Source of the DNA: Victivallaceae bacterium
Lineage (GTDB): Bacteria > Verrucomicrobiota > Lentisphaeria > Victivallales > Victivallaceae
Length of the DNA stretch: 64,000 nucleotides
NCBI GenBank assembly: GCA_045586645.1
Contig: JAZNAR010000040.1
Span: forward strand, 6,661 to 70,660
Direction of reading: 5' to 3'
In this document: piece after piece, positions 46,540 to 57,095 of the stretch
Layout of the letters: every line of letters starts with the position of its first letter
Numbering within the stretch: the stretch's first letter is position 1
Position numbers and translations under genes: made by a program
The notes under the pieces: model-generated
Database searches by the model: none
Told to the model about the DNA's origin: nothing
What the model saw: the letters and a program-made list of their open reading frames with translations, nothing else

Positions 46540-48063
46540 TTACTGTTCCATAAAAAGATTCCGGCTGGTAAAGACCGGTTCACTGGTCAGATTTATCCCC
46601 AGTTTGCGCAATCCGGTCTCATCTCCGGCAGGCGGGATATGGCTGATGTGCATTTCACAGCCGCGCAGTTTTTCCAGTTGCGCCAGAGCCAGTTCCGCCG
46701 CCGGATTGGAAGGCGAACTTACGCTCAATGCGGTCAGCACTTCGCCCAGAGCCAGAGATATCTGTCTTTCCGAAAAAACCTCCTGCTTGAGCTTGCCCAC
46801 GGATTCAATGACCTGCCTGGAGAGCAAATGCAAATCATCCGGCAGTCCGGCGAGATATTTCACTGCATTGATAATACAGCTTGATGACGCGTGAAGCAGC
46901 GGCGAATTTTTACCGGTGATTATTTTGCCGTCGTGCAGCTCCAGTGCCGCTCCGCAGAAAACGTTGTCATGCCCGAATTTTTCCGGATGCCGTGCCGCTT
47001 CGGCGGCGGCATTGCGCGCCGGAACAACGACTTTGCGGTCAGTTTCACTCAAATGCTGTGCCGCCATCAATGCTTTTATTCTTTCCGGCACACAGGCGTC
47101 GACTTCACCCTCGACATAACCGCGCATGGCACGGAAATAACGGCGGATTATTTCCTGACACGCCGCCGCCCGGACAATTTCATCATCACTGATGGCAAAT
47201 CCGATCCGGTTGACACCCATGTCGGTCGGCGAAACATATAGCTGTTCCGGTTCCATTATGCGCGCACAAATCTGACGCACCACCGGAAAAATTTCCACAT
47301 CACGATTGTAATTCACCACCGTTTCGCCGCGGGCTTCAAGGTGAAACGGGTCGATCATATTCACATCACCCAAATCAGCCGTTGCCGCCTCATAGGCAAC
47401 ATTGACCGGGTGGTCAAGCGGCAGATTCCATACCGGAAATGTTTCAAACTTGGCGTATCCGGCTTTTATTCCGCGCTGGAACTCGTGATAGACCTGCGAA
47501 AGACAGGTCCCCATTTTGCCGGAATTCGGTCCCGGACCGGTCACAACGACGATCGGACGGTCGGTTTCGATATATTCGTTTGCGCCGAAACCTTCACTGC
47601 TGACCACAGCCTGCACATCAGACGGATAGCCGGTCATCGGGCGGTGGGTATAAACTTTGATGCCGCGCCGTGAAAGACGTTTGATAAAGCCTTTCACCGC
47701 CGGCTGCTCCCGGTAACGGGTCACGACCACAGCTTTTACATCCAGCCCCCAGTTACGCAAATCGTCGATGGTCCGCATGGTGTCAACGTCATAGGAAAGT
47801 CCGAAATCAGCCCGTATCTTTTTTTCTTCGATCGCGCCGGCATAAATGCAGATGACTATGTCAACTTTGTCTTTCAAATGCTGCAGCAGTTTTATTTTGG
47901 CATCCGGGTCAAAACCGGGCAGCACCCGCGCCGCATGAAAATCGCAAATAAGCTTGCCGCCGAACTCAAGATACAGCTTGTCGCCGAATTTTTCCGCCCG
48001 CTTCAAAATCGCAGCAGATTGTTCTGCAAGATACTTCTCACCGTCGAATCCATTTTTCAGCAT
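46540..48063 (-). CDS. DUF1846 (UPF0371) family protein
   Basis: N-terminus GFDGEKYLAEQSAAILKRAEKFGDKLYLEFGGKL..ARVLPGFDPD matches my recollection of UPF0371 proteins. Confidence 0.8.
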   Translation of the reverse strand: MLKNGFDGEKYLAEQSAAILKRAEKFGDKLYLEFGGKLICDFHAARVLPGFDPDAKIKLLQHLKDKVDIVICIYAGAIEEKKIRADFGLSYDVDTMRTIDDLRNWGLDVKAVVVTRYREQPAVKGFIKRLSRRGIKVYTHRPMTGYPSDVQAVVSSEGFGANEYIETDRPIVVVTGPGPNSGKMGTCLSQVYHEFQRGIKAGYAKFETFPVWNLPLDHPVNVAYEAATADLGDVNMIDPFHLEARGETVVNYNRDVEIFPVVRQICARIMEPEQLYVSPTDMGVNRIGFAISDDEIVRAAACQEIIRRYFRAMRGYVEGEVDACVPERIKALMAAQHLSETDRKVVVPARNAAAEAARHPEKFGHDNVFCGAALELHDGKIITGKNSPLLHASSSCIINAVKYLAGLPDDLHLLSRQVIESVGKLKQEVFSERQISLALGEVLTALSVSSPSNPAAELALAQLEKLRGCEMHISHIPPAGDETGLRKLGINLTSEPVFTSRNLFMEQ

Positions 48064-48212
48064 AATATGTTCCAGACCTCCATGTTTTATTTAAAATACC
48101 ACACCCCCGCATCCAATTCAATCCCGCAAACAAAAAAAGCTTCAGGAAATATCATCCCGCCGGAGAAGTCATCTTTTTATTTTTCCATGCACAGCGGCAT
48201 CCCCCGTGTACA

Positions 48213-48243
48213 CAAAAACACAGACCGACTGCCGCCGGTCTGT
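48213..48243 (-). terminator. rho-independent terminator after the MtlD-like gene
   Basis: On the minus strand, ACAGACCG-gcggcagt-CGGTCTGT is followed by GTTTTTGTG. Confidence 0.7.
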
Positions 48244-48277
48244 CTGCAAATGTTTTGTTTCAAGCTGCTCCGTGCAC

Positions 48278-49402
48278 TCAAATGCCGAGCAGAGCGGCAA
48301 GTTTATCGTGTTCACCGCCCCACGGCTGCGGCCACAACGCGGCGAGTTTTTCTCTGACACTGCCGCCTTCAGCAAATTCCGCGGCGGCGATTTTTGCTCC
48401 TTCAGCGAATTCCGCCGGCACTCCGCCCTGACTCAAAACCAGACGCATCGTGCCGATGACCCGGTCATCCCAGCCGAGCTTGCGCTCCGGGTCGCGGACA
48501 ATGCGATCGATGGCATCTTTGAGAAATGGATTGGTCATGCGGACAAGCAGACCGTCCACATATTCTTTGAAACCGGCTTCTGTAAACAACTCATCATTGA
48601 GTGAAGCATATTTTTTCACCAGCGCACTGCCGGATTCTTCAAAAAACGCTTTACGCGCCTTTTCTATCAACTCCGGATATGCCCGCACTTCATCCATGGT
48701 CTGACATCCTTTCTGTTTACCGAGCGTGGCAAGCAAAAAATGAGTGGCATTGTGACCGTAGAGTTTGGCATCTTCAAACGGGAACAGGTCATCTTTGACA
48801 TAAAGAGATCTCACCTGGCGTTTTTCGATACCGGGACAGCTGGAAATATAAATCGTATTGAATTCCTCGACCAGATGACCGTTCTCCGCCGCAGGGGCCA
48901 GAGCGGGATAAGCACCGCCTGCGGGAACAACTCCGCTCATTTTGCCGATCACAGTATTGAGATACCAGGTATTGGGGAATTTTTCCCCGATGGCTTTTTC
49001 CAGTTCTTCAGCGGCATGATTGTTGTTTTCTGCAGTGTAGAAAAATCTTGTTCTTTCCGGCTGCATGGCGAAACCGGCTTTGAGCCACGGCGCACAATAG
49101 GCGTAAAATTTCACGCTCGGCAGAGCAGTAGCCAATTCAGAAGCCTCTGCGGCAGCCAGAATGAGTTTTTCCAGATCCGCCGGGTCATTGGGATTGTAGA
49201 CCTCAACATTTTCATAGACTTCGGTGTAAACCCTGTCTGCGGCGGCGATATTGACGGTCACAGAATGAACCGCATTGACGGCAGCTTTGAGTTTATCATT
49301 GACTTCAGCGATAACGATGCGGTCAAAACCGCCCTTTGCCGCACCGGCAAGAAAAATTCCGGTCTGGATAGGTCCGAGACCGATTCCCACAAATGTACTC
49401 AT
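48278..49402 (-). CDS. mannitol-1-phosphate 5-dehydrogenase (MtlD) family-like polyol-phosphate dehydrogenase
   Basis: N-terminal GIGLGPIQTG dinucleotide fold. C-terminal RMTNPFLKDAIDRIVRDPERKLGWDDRVIG closely parallels the MtlD block [29 protein letters not shown] (recalled). Confidence 0.7.
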   Translation of the reverse strand: MSTFVGIGLGPIQTGIFLAGAAKGGFDRIVIAEVNDKLKAAVNAVHSVTVNIAAADRVYTEVYENVEVYNPNDPADLEKLILAAAEASELATALPSVKFYAYCAPWLKAGFAMQPERTRFFYTAENNNHAAEELEKAIGEKFPNTWYLNTVIGKMSGVVPAGGAYPALAPAAENGHLVEEFNTIYISSCPGIEKRQVRSLYVKDDLFPFEDAKLYGHNATHFLLATLGKQKGCQTMDEVRAYPELIEKARKAFFEESGSALVKKYASLNDELFTEAGFKEYVDGLLVRMTNPFLKDAIDRIVRDPERKLGWDDRVIGTMRLVLSQGGVPAEFAEGAKIAAAEFAEGGSVREKLAALWPQPWGGEHDKLAALLGI

Positions 49403-49423
49403 TTTTTCAACCTTTCAAAAGAA

Positions 49424-50515
49424 TTATTTGGCAAAAGCATCCACACCGGCAATAAAGACGTCGTGATGTTTTTTCAACTCATCAATAGTGTAATCGTCCG
49501 CCAGCAGCTGTCCGGGGGCATTCATTTCCGTACCGGCAAGCAGCGGCAGACCGCGTTTGACTGCGGCGGCGACAAAACGGTCAAGTTCAGCGACCAGCTT
49601 ACGGCTCTTTTCCGGGTCGGCAGCGCGCCAGTTGCGATCGGGAATAAGTGTCGCCGCGCCCGCGCCGTAGCGGATATGGGTATCAAGCAGGGCATCGACA
49701 TCATTTTCACCGGCAGAGAGACCGTTGAGCCACGCCAGAGTCGGCACAGCTCCGCAGGCTTTGATAAATTTATTCATTTCATCAAGCGTCGGAAAACTTT
49801 CCGGATCGGCTTTGACATAACCCACGCCGCCGGACTTCATGGTTTTAGAACGGATAAGAGCTTCCATTTTCACCGGGTCGGCGTCAAACGCGCCGATTTT
49901 TTCCTGCCAGTATGCCTCAAGCTCATCACCGGAAAACTTTTTCTCCGCCGCCACGCGGTAAGCACAGCAGACATGACGCTCGGTAACATTGCCGCCGGGA
50001 GTGTATTCTTTGGCAACAGTATCGAAATCAACGGCATTTTCAGTAAGCAGAGTGTTGACCTTTTCCACCAGCACCCGGGTGCGCTTCTGCGCCCGGAGCT
50101 TGAGGTCAGCGGCAAAGGCTTTCTGGGATTCCGGTACACCGGAGGAGGTGAATCCGCAACCGAGATGGTAAGCGATACCAGGCTCACCCGGAGAGTTTAT
50201 TTCCTTATCCGCCATATCCGGCACAAAGACCCGTGTTTCCATACCGGCGGCGGCTTTGACTCCCAGCGCACGCGCCGCAGAGAGAAACTCATCCACGCCG
50301 TCAAGCACATCAAAATCCACCAGCATAACCCCGCGCCAGTTCAGCTCTTTGGCAAGAGCCGCCAGCATACTCGGGGAATAACCGTAGCCGTTGTAAGAAT
50401 AAAAACTGTGACAGTGCATATTGAATGCGTTGTTCGCCTTGCGGAAACTTTCCAATGCTCCGGCACGGCTTGCGCTGTCAAAAGAATTCAATGCCTGCAG
50501 TAAAACGTTATCCAT
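49424..50515 (-). CDS. PHP-domain-like metal-dependent phosphoesterase
   Basis: N-terminal FNMHCHSFYS motif typical of PHP domains. AAGGAG RBS before the ATG at 50515. Confidence 0.65.
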   Translation of the reverse strand: MDNVLLQALNSFDSASRAGALESFRKANNAFNMHCHSFYSYNGYGYSPSMLAALAKELNWRGVMLVDFDVLDGVDEFLSAARALGVKAAAGMETRVFVPDMADKEINSPGEPGIAYHLGCGFTSSGVPESQKAFAADLKLRAQKRTRVLVEKVNTLLTENAVDFDTVAKEYTPGGNVTERHVCCAYRVAAEKKFSGDELEAYWQEKIGAFDADPVKMEALIRSKTMKSGGVGYVKADPESFPTLDEMNKFIKACGAVPTLAWLNGLSAGENDVDALLDTHIRYGAGAATLIPDRNWRAADPEKSRKLVAELDRFVAAAVKRGLPLLAGTEMNAPGQLLADDYTIDELKKHHDVFIAGVDAFAK

Positions 50516-50524
50516 TTTTTCTCC

Positions 50525-51022
50525 TTACCGTCCCATGACTTTACGGACTGCTTTATCCAGTTCGATCTGGAACTTTTCAATATCTTCCTGTGACGGTTTT
50601 TCACCGGCGAGATTTTCCAATCCCAGCCGTCCCATGTTATCGACATACCACTCGGCAGTCGAACCGGATGCAAACTTCACACTTCCGGAAAGCATCATGC
50701 CCGGACGGGCGATTTTGCTGACTTCCACGATGGTATCTCCGGAACTTTCAGCATTGTCAGCGGGGAGAGTCTCTTCATGAAGCGGTTGATTTTCAACAGC
50801 TTCACCGGTATTTTCAGTTTCCGGAGCGGTTTGTTTTTTGGCATTGGGGTCAAGAGCCTGCCAGTCGACATCCAGAGAGGAAGCCAGAATGCGTACATCC
50901 ATGTAGGTCATATTCAGCTTGAATTCCGCATTGATATGATTCTGAATATCAGAGAGGGAAATCCCCTCTGCAAGTTCCTTTGCCACAAACGCTTTTATTT
51001 CGTTTTCCAGATTTTTATCCAT
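50525..51022 (-). CDS. hypothetical protein (165 aa)
   Basis: ATG at 51022 after AAGGTG. Acidic linker. No family recognised. Co-directional and tightly spaced with der and the PHP gene. Confidence 0.6.
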   Translation of the reverse strand: MDKNLENEIKAFVAKELAEGISLSDIQNHINAEFKLNMTYMDVRILASSLDVDWQALDPNAKKQTAPETENTGEAVENQPLHEETLPADNAESSGDTIVEVSKIARPGMMLSGSVKFASGSTAEWYVDNMGRLGLENLAGEKPSQEDIEKFQIELDKAVRKVMGR

Positions 51023-51043
51023 AACACACACCTTGAAATAAGA

Positions 51044-52456
51044 TTATTTACCGTTTTTACTGCCTGTGCGCCTGATGCTTTCTATTTTTTTGGGACGGGC
51101 GCAAACTTCCAGTTCCAGCGGGATACCGTTCAGAGGGAAACTTTCCCGGATACGTTTTTTCAGGAACGCCAGATAATTTCCCGCCGCCGACTCGACCCGG
51201 TTGACAAAGAGCTTGACCCGCGGCGGACGCACTCCGGCAAGCGAAGCATAAAAAAGTTTCAACGGCACACCTTTGATGACCGGCGGGGGTGTCTGCTCAA
51301 AAGCATTGGCAAGCACCCGGTTCAATACGCCGGTAGTGATTTCGGTTTTCAAATTCTCTGCGACTTCAGCGATGCGGCTTTCCAGTTTGTGCAGATTGGT
51401 CTTTTCTTTGGCACTGATGAATGCCGCCGGAGCAAAGCTCAACCCCGGCAGTGCCCGTTTCAATTCTGCCGCCAGAGGTTCGACTTTGCTGTCATCGCAG
51501 AGGTCGCATTTGTTGGCGGCAATGACGCAACTGCGTCCGGATTGTTCGACCAGAGCGGCGATTTTCCGGTCCTGGGCGGTTATTTTGCCCAAACCGGCTT
51601 CCAGAACCATGATGACAAGGTCAGCTCTTTCAATGGCACTTTTGGCACGCATGATACTGAACATTTCCACCACGTTGTCAACTTTGCCGGTTTTACGCAA
51701 TCCGGCAGTATCGACCAGCTGTACCGGAATAGCATTTCCTTTGCCGTCCGGAATTGAGAACTCTATTTTCACCGCATCGCGGGTGGTTCCGGCGACCGGA
51801 CTGGTCATCAGACGCTCTTCACCGAGCAACGCATTGACCAGACTCGATTTGCCGACATTGGGACGCCCGACGACGGCAATATTGAGCGCAGCTTTTTTCA
51901 CCACTGCGGAAACCGGCACATAAGGACACTCTTTCAGAGCCGCCGAGATAAGGGCATTCACACCGCCGCGATGGGTGCAGCAGGTCGGATAGATATTTTT
52001 GAATCCGAGCCGGGCGAACTCCGCCGCATGATTTTTCCACTCATCACTGTCGCATTTGTTCGCGGCGACAAAAACCGGTTTGTTGAGCTGTCTTATTCTG
52101 CGGGCGACATCAATATCCAGCGGAGTCAATCCGCTCTGGCTGTCGCACACCAGTATCAGTACATCCGCATCTTCCATGGCACACTGCGCCTGGTCTGAAA
52201 TCCCGGCATCCCAGAAATCCACATTTTTTTCCATGCCGTCCAGCGTATTCAAGCCGCCGGTATCTATCAACGTGAACATCTGTCCCTGCCACCGGATGTC
52301 GGCACTGACACGGTCGCGGGTAACTCCGCTCATTTCATGCACGATCGCCAATTTTCTGCCGACGACAGCATTGAACAAGCTGGATTTGCCGACATTGGGA
52401 CGGCCGACAATGGCTATCACCGGAGGAACGGCGTTTTTTTCTGCTGTATCACTCAT
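51044..52456 (-). CDS. der: ribosome-associated GTPase Der (EngA)
   Basis: Two tandem GTPase domains (GRPNVGKSS twice, DTGG/DTAG) plus a KH-like C-terminus. ATG at 52456. The track ORF opens at the TTG at 52474. Confidence 0.95.
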   Translation of the reverse strand: MSDTAEKNAVPPVIAIVGRPNVGKSSLFNAVVGRKLAIVHEMSGVTRDRVSADIRWQGQMFTLIDTGGLNTLDGMEKNVDFWDAGISDQAQCAMEDADVLILVCDSQSGLTPLDIDVARRIRQLNKPVFVAANKCDSDEWKNHAAEFARLGFKNIYPTCCTHRGGVNALISAALKECPYVPVSAVVKKAALNIAVVGRPNVGKSSLVNALLGEERLMTSPVAGTTRDAVKIEFSIPDGKGNAIPVQLVDTAGLRKTGKVDNVVEMFSIMRAKSAIERADLVIMVLEAGLGKITAQDRKIAALVEQSGRSCVIAANKCDLCDDSKVEPLAAELKRALPGLSFAPAAFISAKEKTNLHKLESRIAEVAENLKTEITTGVLNRVLANAFEQTPPPVIKGVPLKLFYASLAGVRPPRVKLFVNRVESAAGNYLAFLKKRIRESFPLNGIPLELEVCARPKKIESIRRTGSKNGK

Positions 52457-52470
52457 AAATTTCTCATTTT

Positions 52471-53283
52471 TCAACGGTAAGAGTTGATCTGGTCACGCAG
52501 AAGTTTTGCCGCTTCGCCGGCGGCTTCCGCGTAATTTTCACCATTTGAAGCATAAATTATCCCGCGCGAAGAGTTGACGATAATGCCGAGTCCATCCGCA
52601 CTGCATCCGAACTTCACGACCTTTTCCACATCACCGCCCTGGGCACCGACACCCGGCACGAGGAAGGGCAGTTCCGGGCAGAGCTGACGCAGCTGACGCA
52701 ACTCTTCCGGATAGGTCGCGCCGATAACGAGAGCCGCATTTTTATTGCCGTTCCACTTGTCGCGCACCAATTCCGCCACATGAACATAAAGCGGCTTGCC
52801 GTCGGAAACCAGATTCTGCAAATCGCCGGAATGCGGATTGGAAGTACGGCACAGGATGATGACACCTTTATCCGCATAATCCAGAAACGGCTTCACCGCA
52901 TCATACCCCATGTACGGATTCACAGTAACAGCATCTGCCTGATAACGGTCAAACGCCTCTTTGGCGTACCATTCAGCGGTCGAACCGATGTCACCGCGTT
53001 TGACGTCGAGAATGACGGGAACATCCGGAGCGTTGGTTTTGATATATTCAATGGAAGCTTTGAGAGCTTCGTCACAATCCTGTCCGGCATAGTACGCCGC
53101 CTGGGGTTTGTAAGCGCAAACATAACCTTTAGTGGCATCGACCAGACGGCAGTTGAATTCATATATTGCATCGGGACGCTCTTTCAACACTGCCGGAAGT
53201 TTATTCAGAGCGGGGTCCAGCCCGACGCAGACAAGAGAGTTGTTGCGCCGCATGGCTGAAGTGAGTTTTTCCATGAAATTCAT
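52471..53283 (-). CDS. pyrF: orotidine-5'-phosphate decarboxylase (type 2)
   Basis: LDVKRGDIGSTA active-site block. The length (~270 aa) fits the long form. Confidence 0.9.
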   Translation of the reverse strand: MNFMEKLTSAMRRNNSLVCVGLDPALNKLPAVLKERPDAIYEFNCRLVDATKGYVCAYKPQAAYYAGQDCDEALKASIEYIKTNAPDVPVILDVKRGDIGSTAEWYAKEAFDRYQADAVTVNPYMGYDAVKPFLDYADKGVIILCRTSNPHSGDLQNLVSDGKPLYVHVAELVRDKWNGNKNAALVIGATYPEELRQLRQLCPELPFLVPGVGAQGGDVEKVVKFGCSADGLGIIVNSSRGIIYASNGENYAEAAGEAAKLLRDQINSYR

Positions 53284-53367
53284 AAGTCATTCTCCCTGAT
53301 TTAAGACACTTGATATATCAAAAGGATAATATATATGAGAATTTCACTTTGTCAAGCGGCAAATGCC

Positions 53368-54474
53368 TCATCTGCGCCCGAAAATCCACCCGGAAGCCGC
53401 TGCGGTGAACGGCGCAACAAGCACCAGAGAAAAACTTCCTATCAACGTTTTGACGATTTCAGATGCCACCAGCGGATTATTCAGGAACGCCGGTACCGGC
53501 ACTCCCTGGGAAGCAAACAGCATCAGCAGGGTAATATATCCGCCTGAATACGCCAGCAGCAGCGTGGTCGTCATCGTCCCGACCACGCTCCGCCCGATGC
53601 GGATACCGGACATCATCAAATCCCTGCGGGGAAGTTCCGGATTATGCCGCTGCACCTCCTCCACTCCCGAAGCTATATCCATTGCCAGATCCATCACCGC
53701 TCCGGAACTTGCCAGTATCATCGCGCCGATAAACAGATCCCGGATATTCAGAAATTCATATCCCCCGTACAGCAGTGCCTGCGAACAGGGCATGACCGCG
53801 CCGTTTATGTGCATCAATCTGCTGAATATGTGCGCCATCAGCAAACCGGCGGCTATTCCGGAAATCGCACCGGCAAACGCGGCAACAGCTTTGCGGGAAA
53901 AACCTGCCACCAGAAATATTATGACCGCCGTCAGCAGACACACCACTGCGAAAACCGTCCATGACGCCGACCAGCCGTGAAGTATCAGCGGAATAACCAG
54001 TTTCCAGATCGCCAGACAGCTGAAAACAAAACTCAACAACGCTTTCATCCCCGTCCACGCGCCGAACCAGCACAGCAGAATACAAAATCCGGCGAAAAGC
54101 GCAAATATCCAGAAGTTGCGGTAGTGATCCTGGGCGGTCAGGACGCTGTTTTCCGGAGTGTCACCGGGATTCATTATCACCACTGCCGTATCACCGGCTT
54201 CAAAGAGCTTATCCAGCTCCATCTGGGAGCGCAATTCGTTGTTGGCGGTAAATATTTTGCCATTGATTTCCACGGAAATCCTCTGGGAACCGTAAAGCAG
54301 CAGACCGTTTCTGACCAGTTGCGAATTATCCACAGCAACGACTTTGCCGGTCACGCGTTCGCCGCTTCCGTCGGCAAGGCGGGGGATTTCCGGAATACAC
54401 CACAATGCCGCGCACAGCACACTCAACGCGGCAATGAACAATAAATCTTTTTGCAATCCGGCAGATATTTTCAT
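53368..54474 (-). CDS. YibE/F-family integral membrane protein
   Basis: N-terminal soluble beta-rich segment followed by ~7 TM helices and a DLAMDIASG block. Family by recall. Confidence 0.65.
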   Translation of the reverse strand: MKISAGLQKDLLFIAALSVLCAALWCIPEIPRLADGSGERVTGKVVAVDNSQLVRNGLLLYGSQRISVEINGKIFTANNELRSQMELDKLFEAGDTAVVIMNPGDTPENSVLTAQDHYRNFWIFALFAGFCILLCWFGAWTGMKALLSFVFSCLAIWKLVIPLILHGWSASWTVFAVVCLLTAVIIFLVAGFSRKAVAAFAGAISGIAAGLLMAHIFSRLMHINGAVMPCSQALLYGGYEFLNIRDLFIGAMILASSGAVMDLAMDIASGVEEVQRHNPELPRRDLMMSGIRIGRSVVGTMTTTLLLAYSGGYITLLMLFASQGVPVPAFLNNPLVASEIVKTLIGSFSLVLVAPFTAAASGWIFGRR

Positions 54475-55805
54475 CAGAGCAGCGATTTTATCTTTTCAGC
54501 GATAGCGGTATTTTCATAAAATCCGGCAAAAATTTCCGCTTTCACCCCGCTGCTTGTGGTCAGCACCGGCAATGCGGTATGTCCGCCGGTAGTCCAGCCG
54601 ATTCCGGCTTTGCCATTCATCACCACGCGGGCGGCATCGTGCAGTTTGTCTTTTGCAAATCCGTCGCGCAGGATTTTCAACTCTTTACTGTTGATTGCCA
54701 TTTTGTCGCTGCTTTTTTTGAAAATGAAACCGAATTTCTCTGAAAGCATCTTTTGGGCATCTTCAAAGGAAAAGTCCGGATTCTCTTTGCGCGCTTTGGC
54801 GAGCTCTTTCCGGAAAACTTCCACAGATATATTCTGGCATCCCAAACGGGTGAAATCCATTTTGCTTCCGGAACCGGCAACACCCATGGTCATTCCGCCG
54901 GTTTCATGGTCGCCGGTAACGACAATAAGCGTTTCGTCCGGATTCTTTTTGGCAAATTCAAGTGCGACTTTGACCGCTTTATCCAGTTCCAGCACCTCAA
55001 ACAGGTTGCTTGCGGCATCATTGGCATGACCGCAGTAATCTATCAGACCACCCTCAACCATCATAAAAAATCCTTCCGGATTGTCCAGCAGTTCGATTCC
55101 TTTAGCGGTGAATTCAGCCAGCGTTGGCACATCAGGAGCTTTGTCGATACCATACGGCAGAGCGGCATCATTGCCGCGGGCAAGAACTTTGCCTGCACCG
55201 GGACGCAGCATTTGAAATTCTGCTTTGTTTTTCACTACTTTGTATCCGGCTTTGGCGGCAAGGTCGTAAATATTGCCTTTGTATTCCGGAGATTTTTTAT
55301 CATTGGGGTTCTGCACCACCCCTCCCCCGAAATAATCAAATCCGGAAGCAATCAAATCCAATGCGATCTCATAGTACTGACCGCGGCTGGGACGGTTGGC
55401 ATAAAATCCCGCCGGTGTGGCATGATTTATGGTGACGCTGGTCACAATGCCGACTTTTCTGCCTTTCTTTTTGGCGACTTTGGCAACTGACTCAAGTTTG
55501 CGTTTGCCGTCGGCAGAGACACCGATTTTGCCGTTGCCGGTTTTTTCACCGCAGGCGATCGCCGTGGCGGCGGCGGCGGAGTCAGTTATCACATGGGAAG
55601 CGGAACCGGTTCTGGTCGTGCCGTGATACTGCAAAGAGTTTATCGCCAGTTTGCCGCGTCCGGTTTTTACCGCAAATTCCTCTGCAACCATCCGCTGGGG
55701 AACTGACATACCGTCTCCGATAAACAGAAAAATGTATTTTGGAGCTTTGCCGTACAGAGAACAGAGCGACAATGCCACAAGCAGAGTAATAAATATCTTT
55801 TTCAC
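54474..55805 (-). CDS. secreted alkaline phosphatase (PhoA family)
   Basis: GDGMSV and TDSAAAATA (nucleophilic Ser) motifs. Signal peptide. GTG start. Confidence 0.9.
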   Translation of the reverse strand: MKKIFITLLVALSLCSLYGKAPKYIFLFIGDGMSVPQRMVAEEFAVKTGRGKLAINSLQYHGTTRTGSASHVITDSAAAATAIACGEKTGNGKIGVSADGKRKLESVAKVAKKKGRKVGIVTSVTINHATPAGFYANRPSRGQYYEIALDLIASGFDYFGGGVVQNPNDKKSPEYKGNIYDLAAKAGYKVVKNKAEFQMLRPGAGKVLARGNDAALPYGIDKAPDVPTLAEFTAKGIELLDNPEGFFMMVEGGLIDYCGHANDAASNLFEVLELDKAVKVALEFAKKNPDETLIVVTGDHETGGMTMGVAGSGSKMDFTRLGCQNISVEVFRKELAKARKENPDFSFEDAQKMLSEKFGFIFKKSSDKMAINSKELKILRDGFAKDKLHDAARVVMNGKAGIGWTTGGHTALPVLTTSSGVKAEIFAGFYENTAIAEKIKSLL

Positions 55806-55896
55806 AGCTTCACCATATTTATTGATTTTTCAACAGGAAATCTGCAGAAATATACCATCATAAAAACTTTTTTGCAAATATTTTATTGCTTTTTTA

Positions 55897-55932
55897 CAAA
55901 AAAAATCCCTCCGGATACAACCCCCGGAGGGA
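55897..55932 (-). terminator. rho-independent terminator after the TIM-barrel isomerase gene
   Basis: On the minus strand, TCCCTCCGG-gggttgtat-CCGGAGGGA is followed by TTTTTTTT. Confidence 0.8.
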
Positions 55933-55960
55933 ATCGGTAATGTTACGAACTTCGTAAAAC

Positions 55961-56878
55961 TTATTTTTCCGGAAGTTTCCAACCGCAATCAAGTAGAAGT
56001 TTCTCAAATTTCCGTCCGTAGGAAACGTAATTGTTGTAACGGATCTGCTCTTCGCTGTCGCAGGCGTTGCCTTCATGGAACACACAACCGAGATGCGGCT
56101 CCATGGAAAATCCGCCGTCATAACCGTTTTTGAGCAAATCTTTAACAATGGCGCGCACATCACCGGTGCCGTCACCGGCGTAGGTGAATTGAGCTTTGGG
56201 ACGGACACCGTCTTCCCGCGGCAGAGCCACCGCATCTTTGATGTGCACATATATTATGTGTTCACGCACGTTGCTGTAAAATTCCCATGATGACTGCAGC
56301 GGGTACGGAGCCGTACCAATACGGCGGTAGTTGAAACACGGATTACCGGTGTCATATATCAGTTTCAGATTGTCATGGTTGACTTTTTCGAGCAGCTGCA
56401 GTGTGTGCAAATGGCTGTAACCGCCGTAATTCATGCAGTTTTCATGGCCGTAAACGATACCGTTATCGGCGCAAAGTTCGACGAGGTAACGGACTTTGCG
56501 GAAAATCATTTCCTGCAGTTCCGGGGAATCGGGATCTTCATCCGTCGCCATGCAGAAACTCATACCGCGCAACAGTTTCGTACCGAGCTTGTGCATTCTG
56601 GGAATTGCGGCTTTGACCTCATCGATGGACATCTGGAAATCCTCTTCTTTGCGCGGATGCCGCGCCCAGTTCGCAACCGCACTACCGTAACAGTTGATTT
56701 TGATACCGGCATCATCAAGTTTGGCGCAGAATTCATCGAATTCGGCATCGCTCAATGTGGCAAGAGTTTTATCGCCTATCTTGCGGGTTTCAATATATTT
56801 CCAGCCCAGTTCTCTGGTTGCTTTGATCTGCACATCAAGTGCGGCACCGGCTTCATCGGCAAATCCGGTCAGAAACAT
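55961..56878 (-). CDS. sugar phosphate isomerase/epimerase (xylose-isomerase-like TIM barrel)
   Basis: ATG at 56878 (MFLTGFADEAG). Typical length and pattern for this superfamily. Strong terminator downstream. Confidence 0.8.
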   Translation of the reverse strand: MFLTGFADEAGAALDVQIKATRELGWKYIETRKIGDKTLATLSDAEFDEFCAKLDDAGIKINCYGSAVANWARHPRKEEDFQMSIDEVKAAIPRMHKLGTKLLRGMSFCMATDEDPDSPELQEMIFRKVRYLVELCADNGIVYGHENCMNYGGYSHLHTLQLLEKVNHDNLKLIYDTGNPCFNYRRIGTAPYPLQSSWEFYSNVREHIIYVHIKDAVALPREDGVRPKAQFTYAGDGTGDVRAIVKDLLKNGYDGGFSMEPHLGCVFHEGNACDSEEQIRYNNYVSYGRKFEKLLLDCGWKLPEK

Positions 56879-57095
56879 AATAACTCTCCTGTTTTTTTGT
56901 TTTTTGCGATATTTCCGGCACCACCGGCACACTGCAGTGTACCATTCAGAATTCGCGCCGGATATTTTTATCTGCACTTATCATTATAATGTATATCCGG
57001 AAAACGCTTTTTGCCAACACTTTTTTTATTTTACCGGCAACAAACCTGACCTAATGACTTATTTAAACATACTGCCGCCGCCCACGGAATTTTTT

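Noticed and set aside
48740-50503. 587-aa plus-strand ORF
   Set aside because: It is antisense to the MtlD-like and PHP genes, which have RBSs, motifs and a terminator. Its composition looks like a shadow frame.
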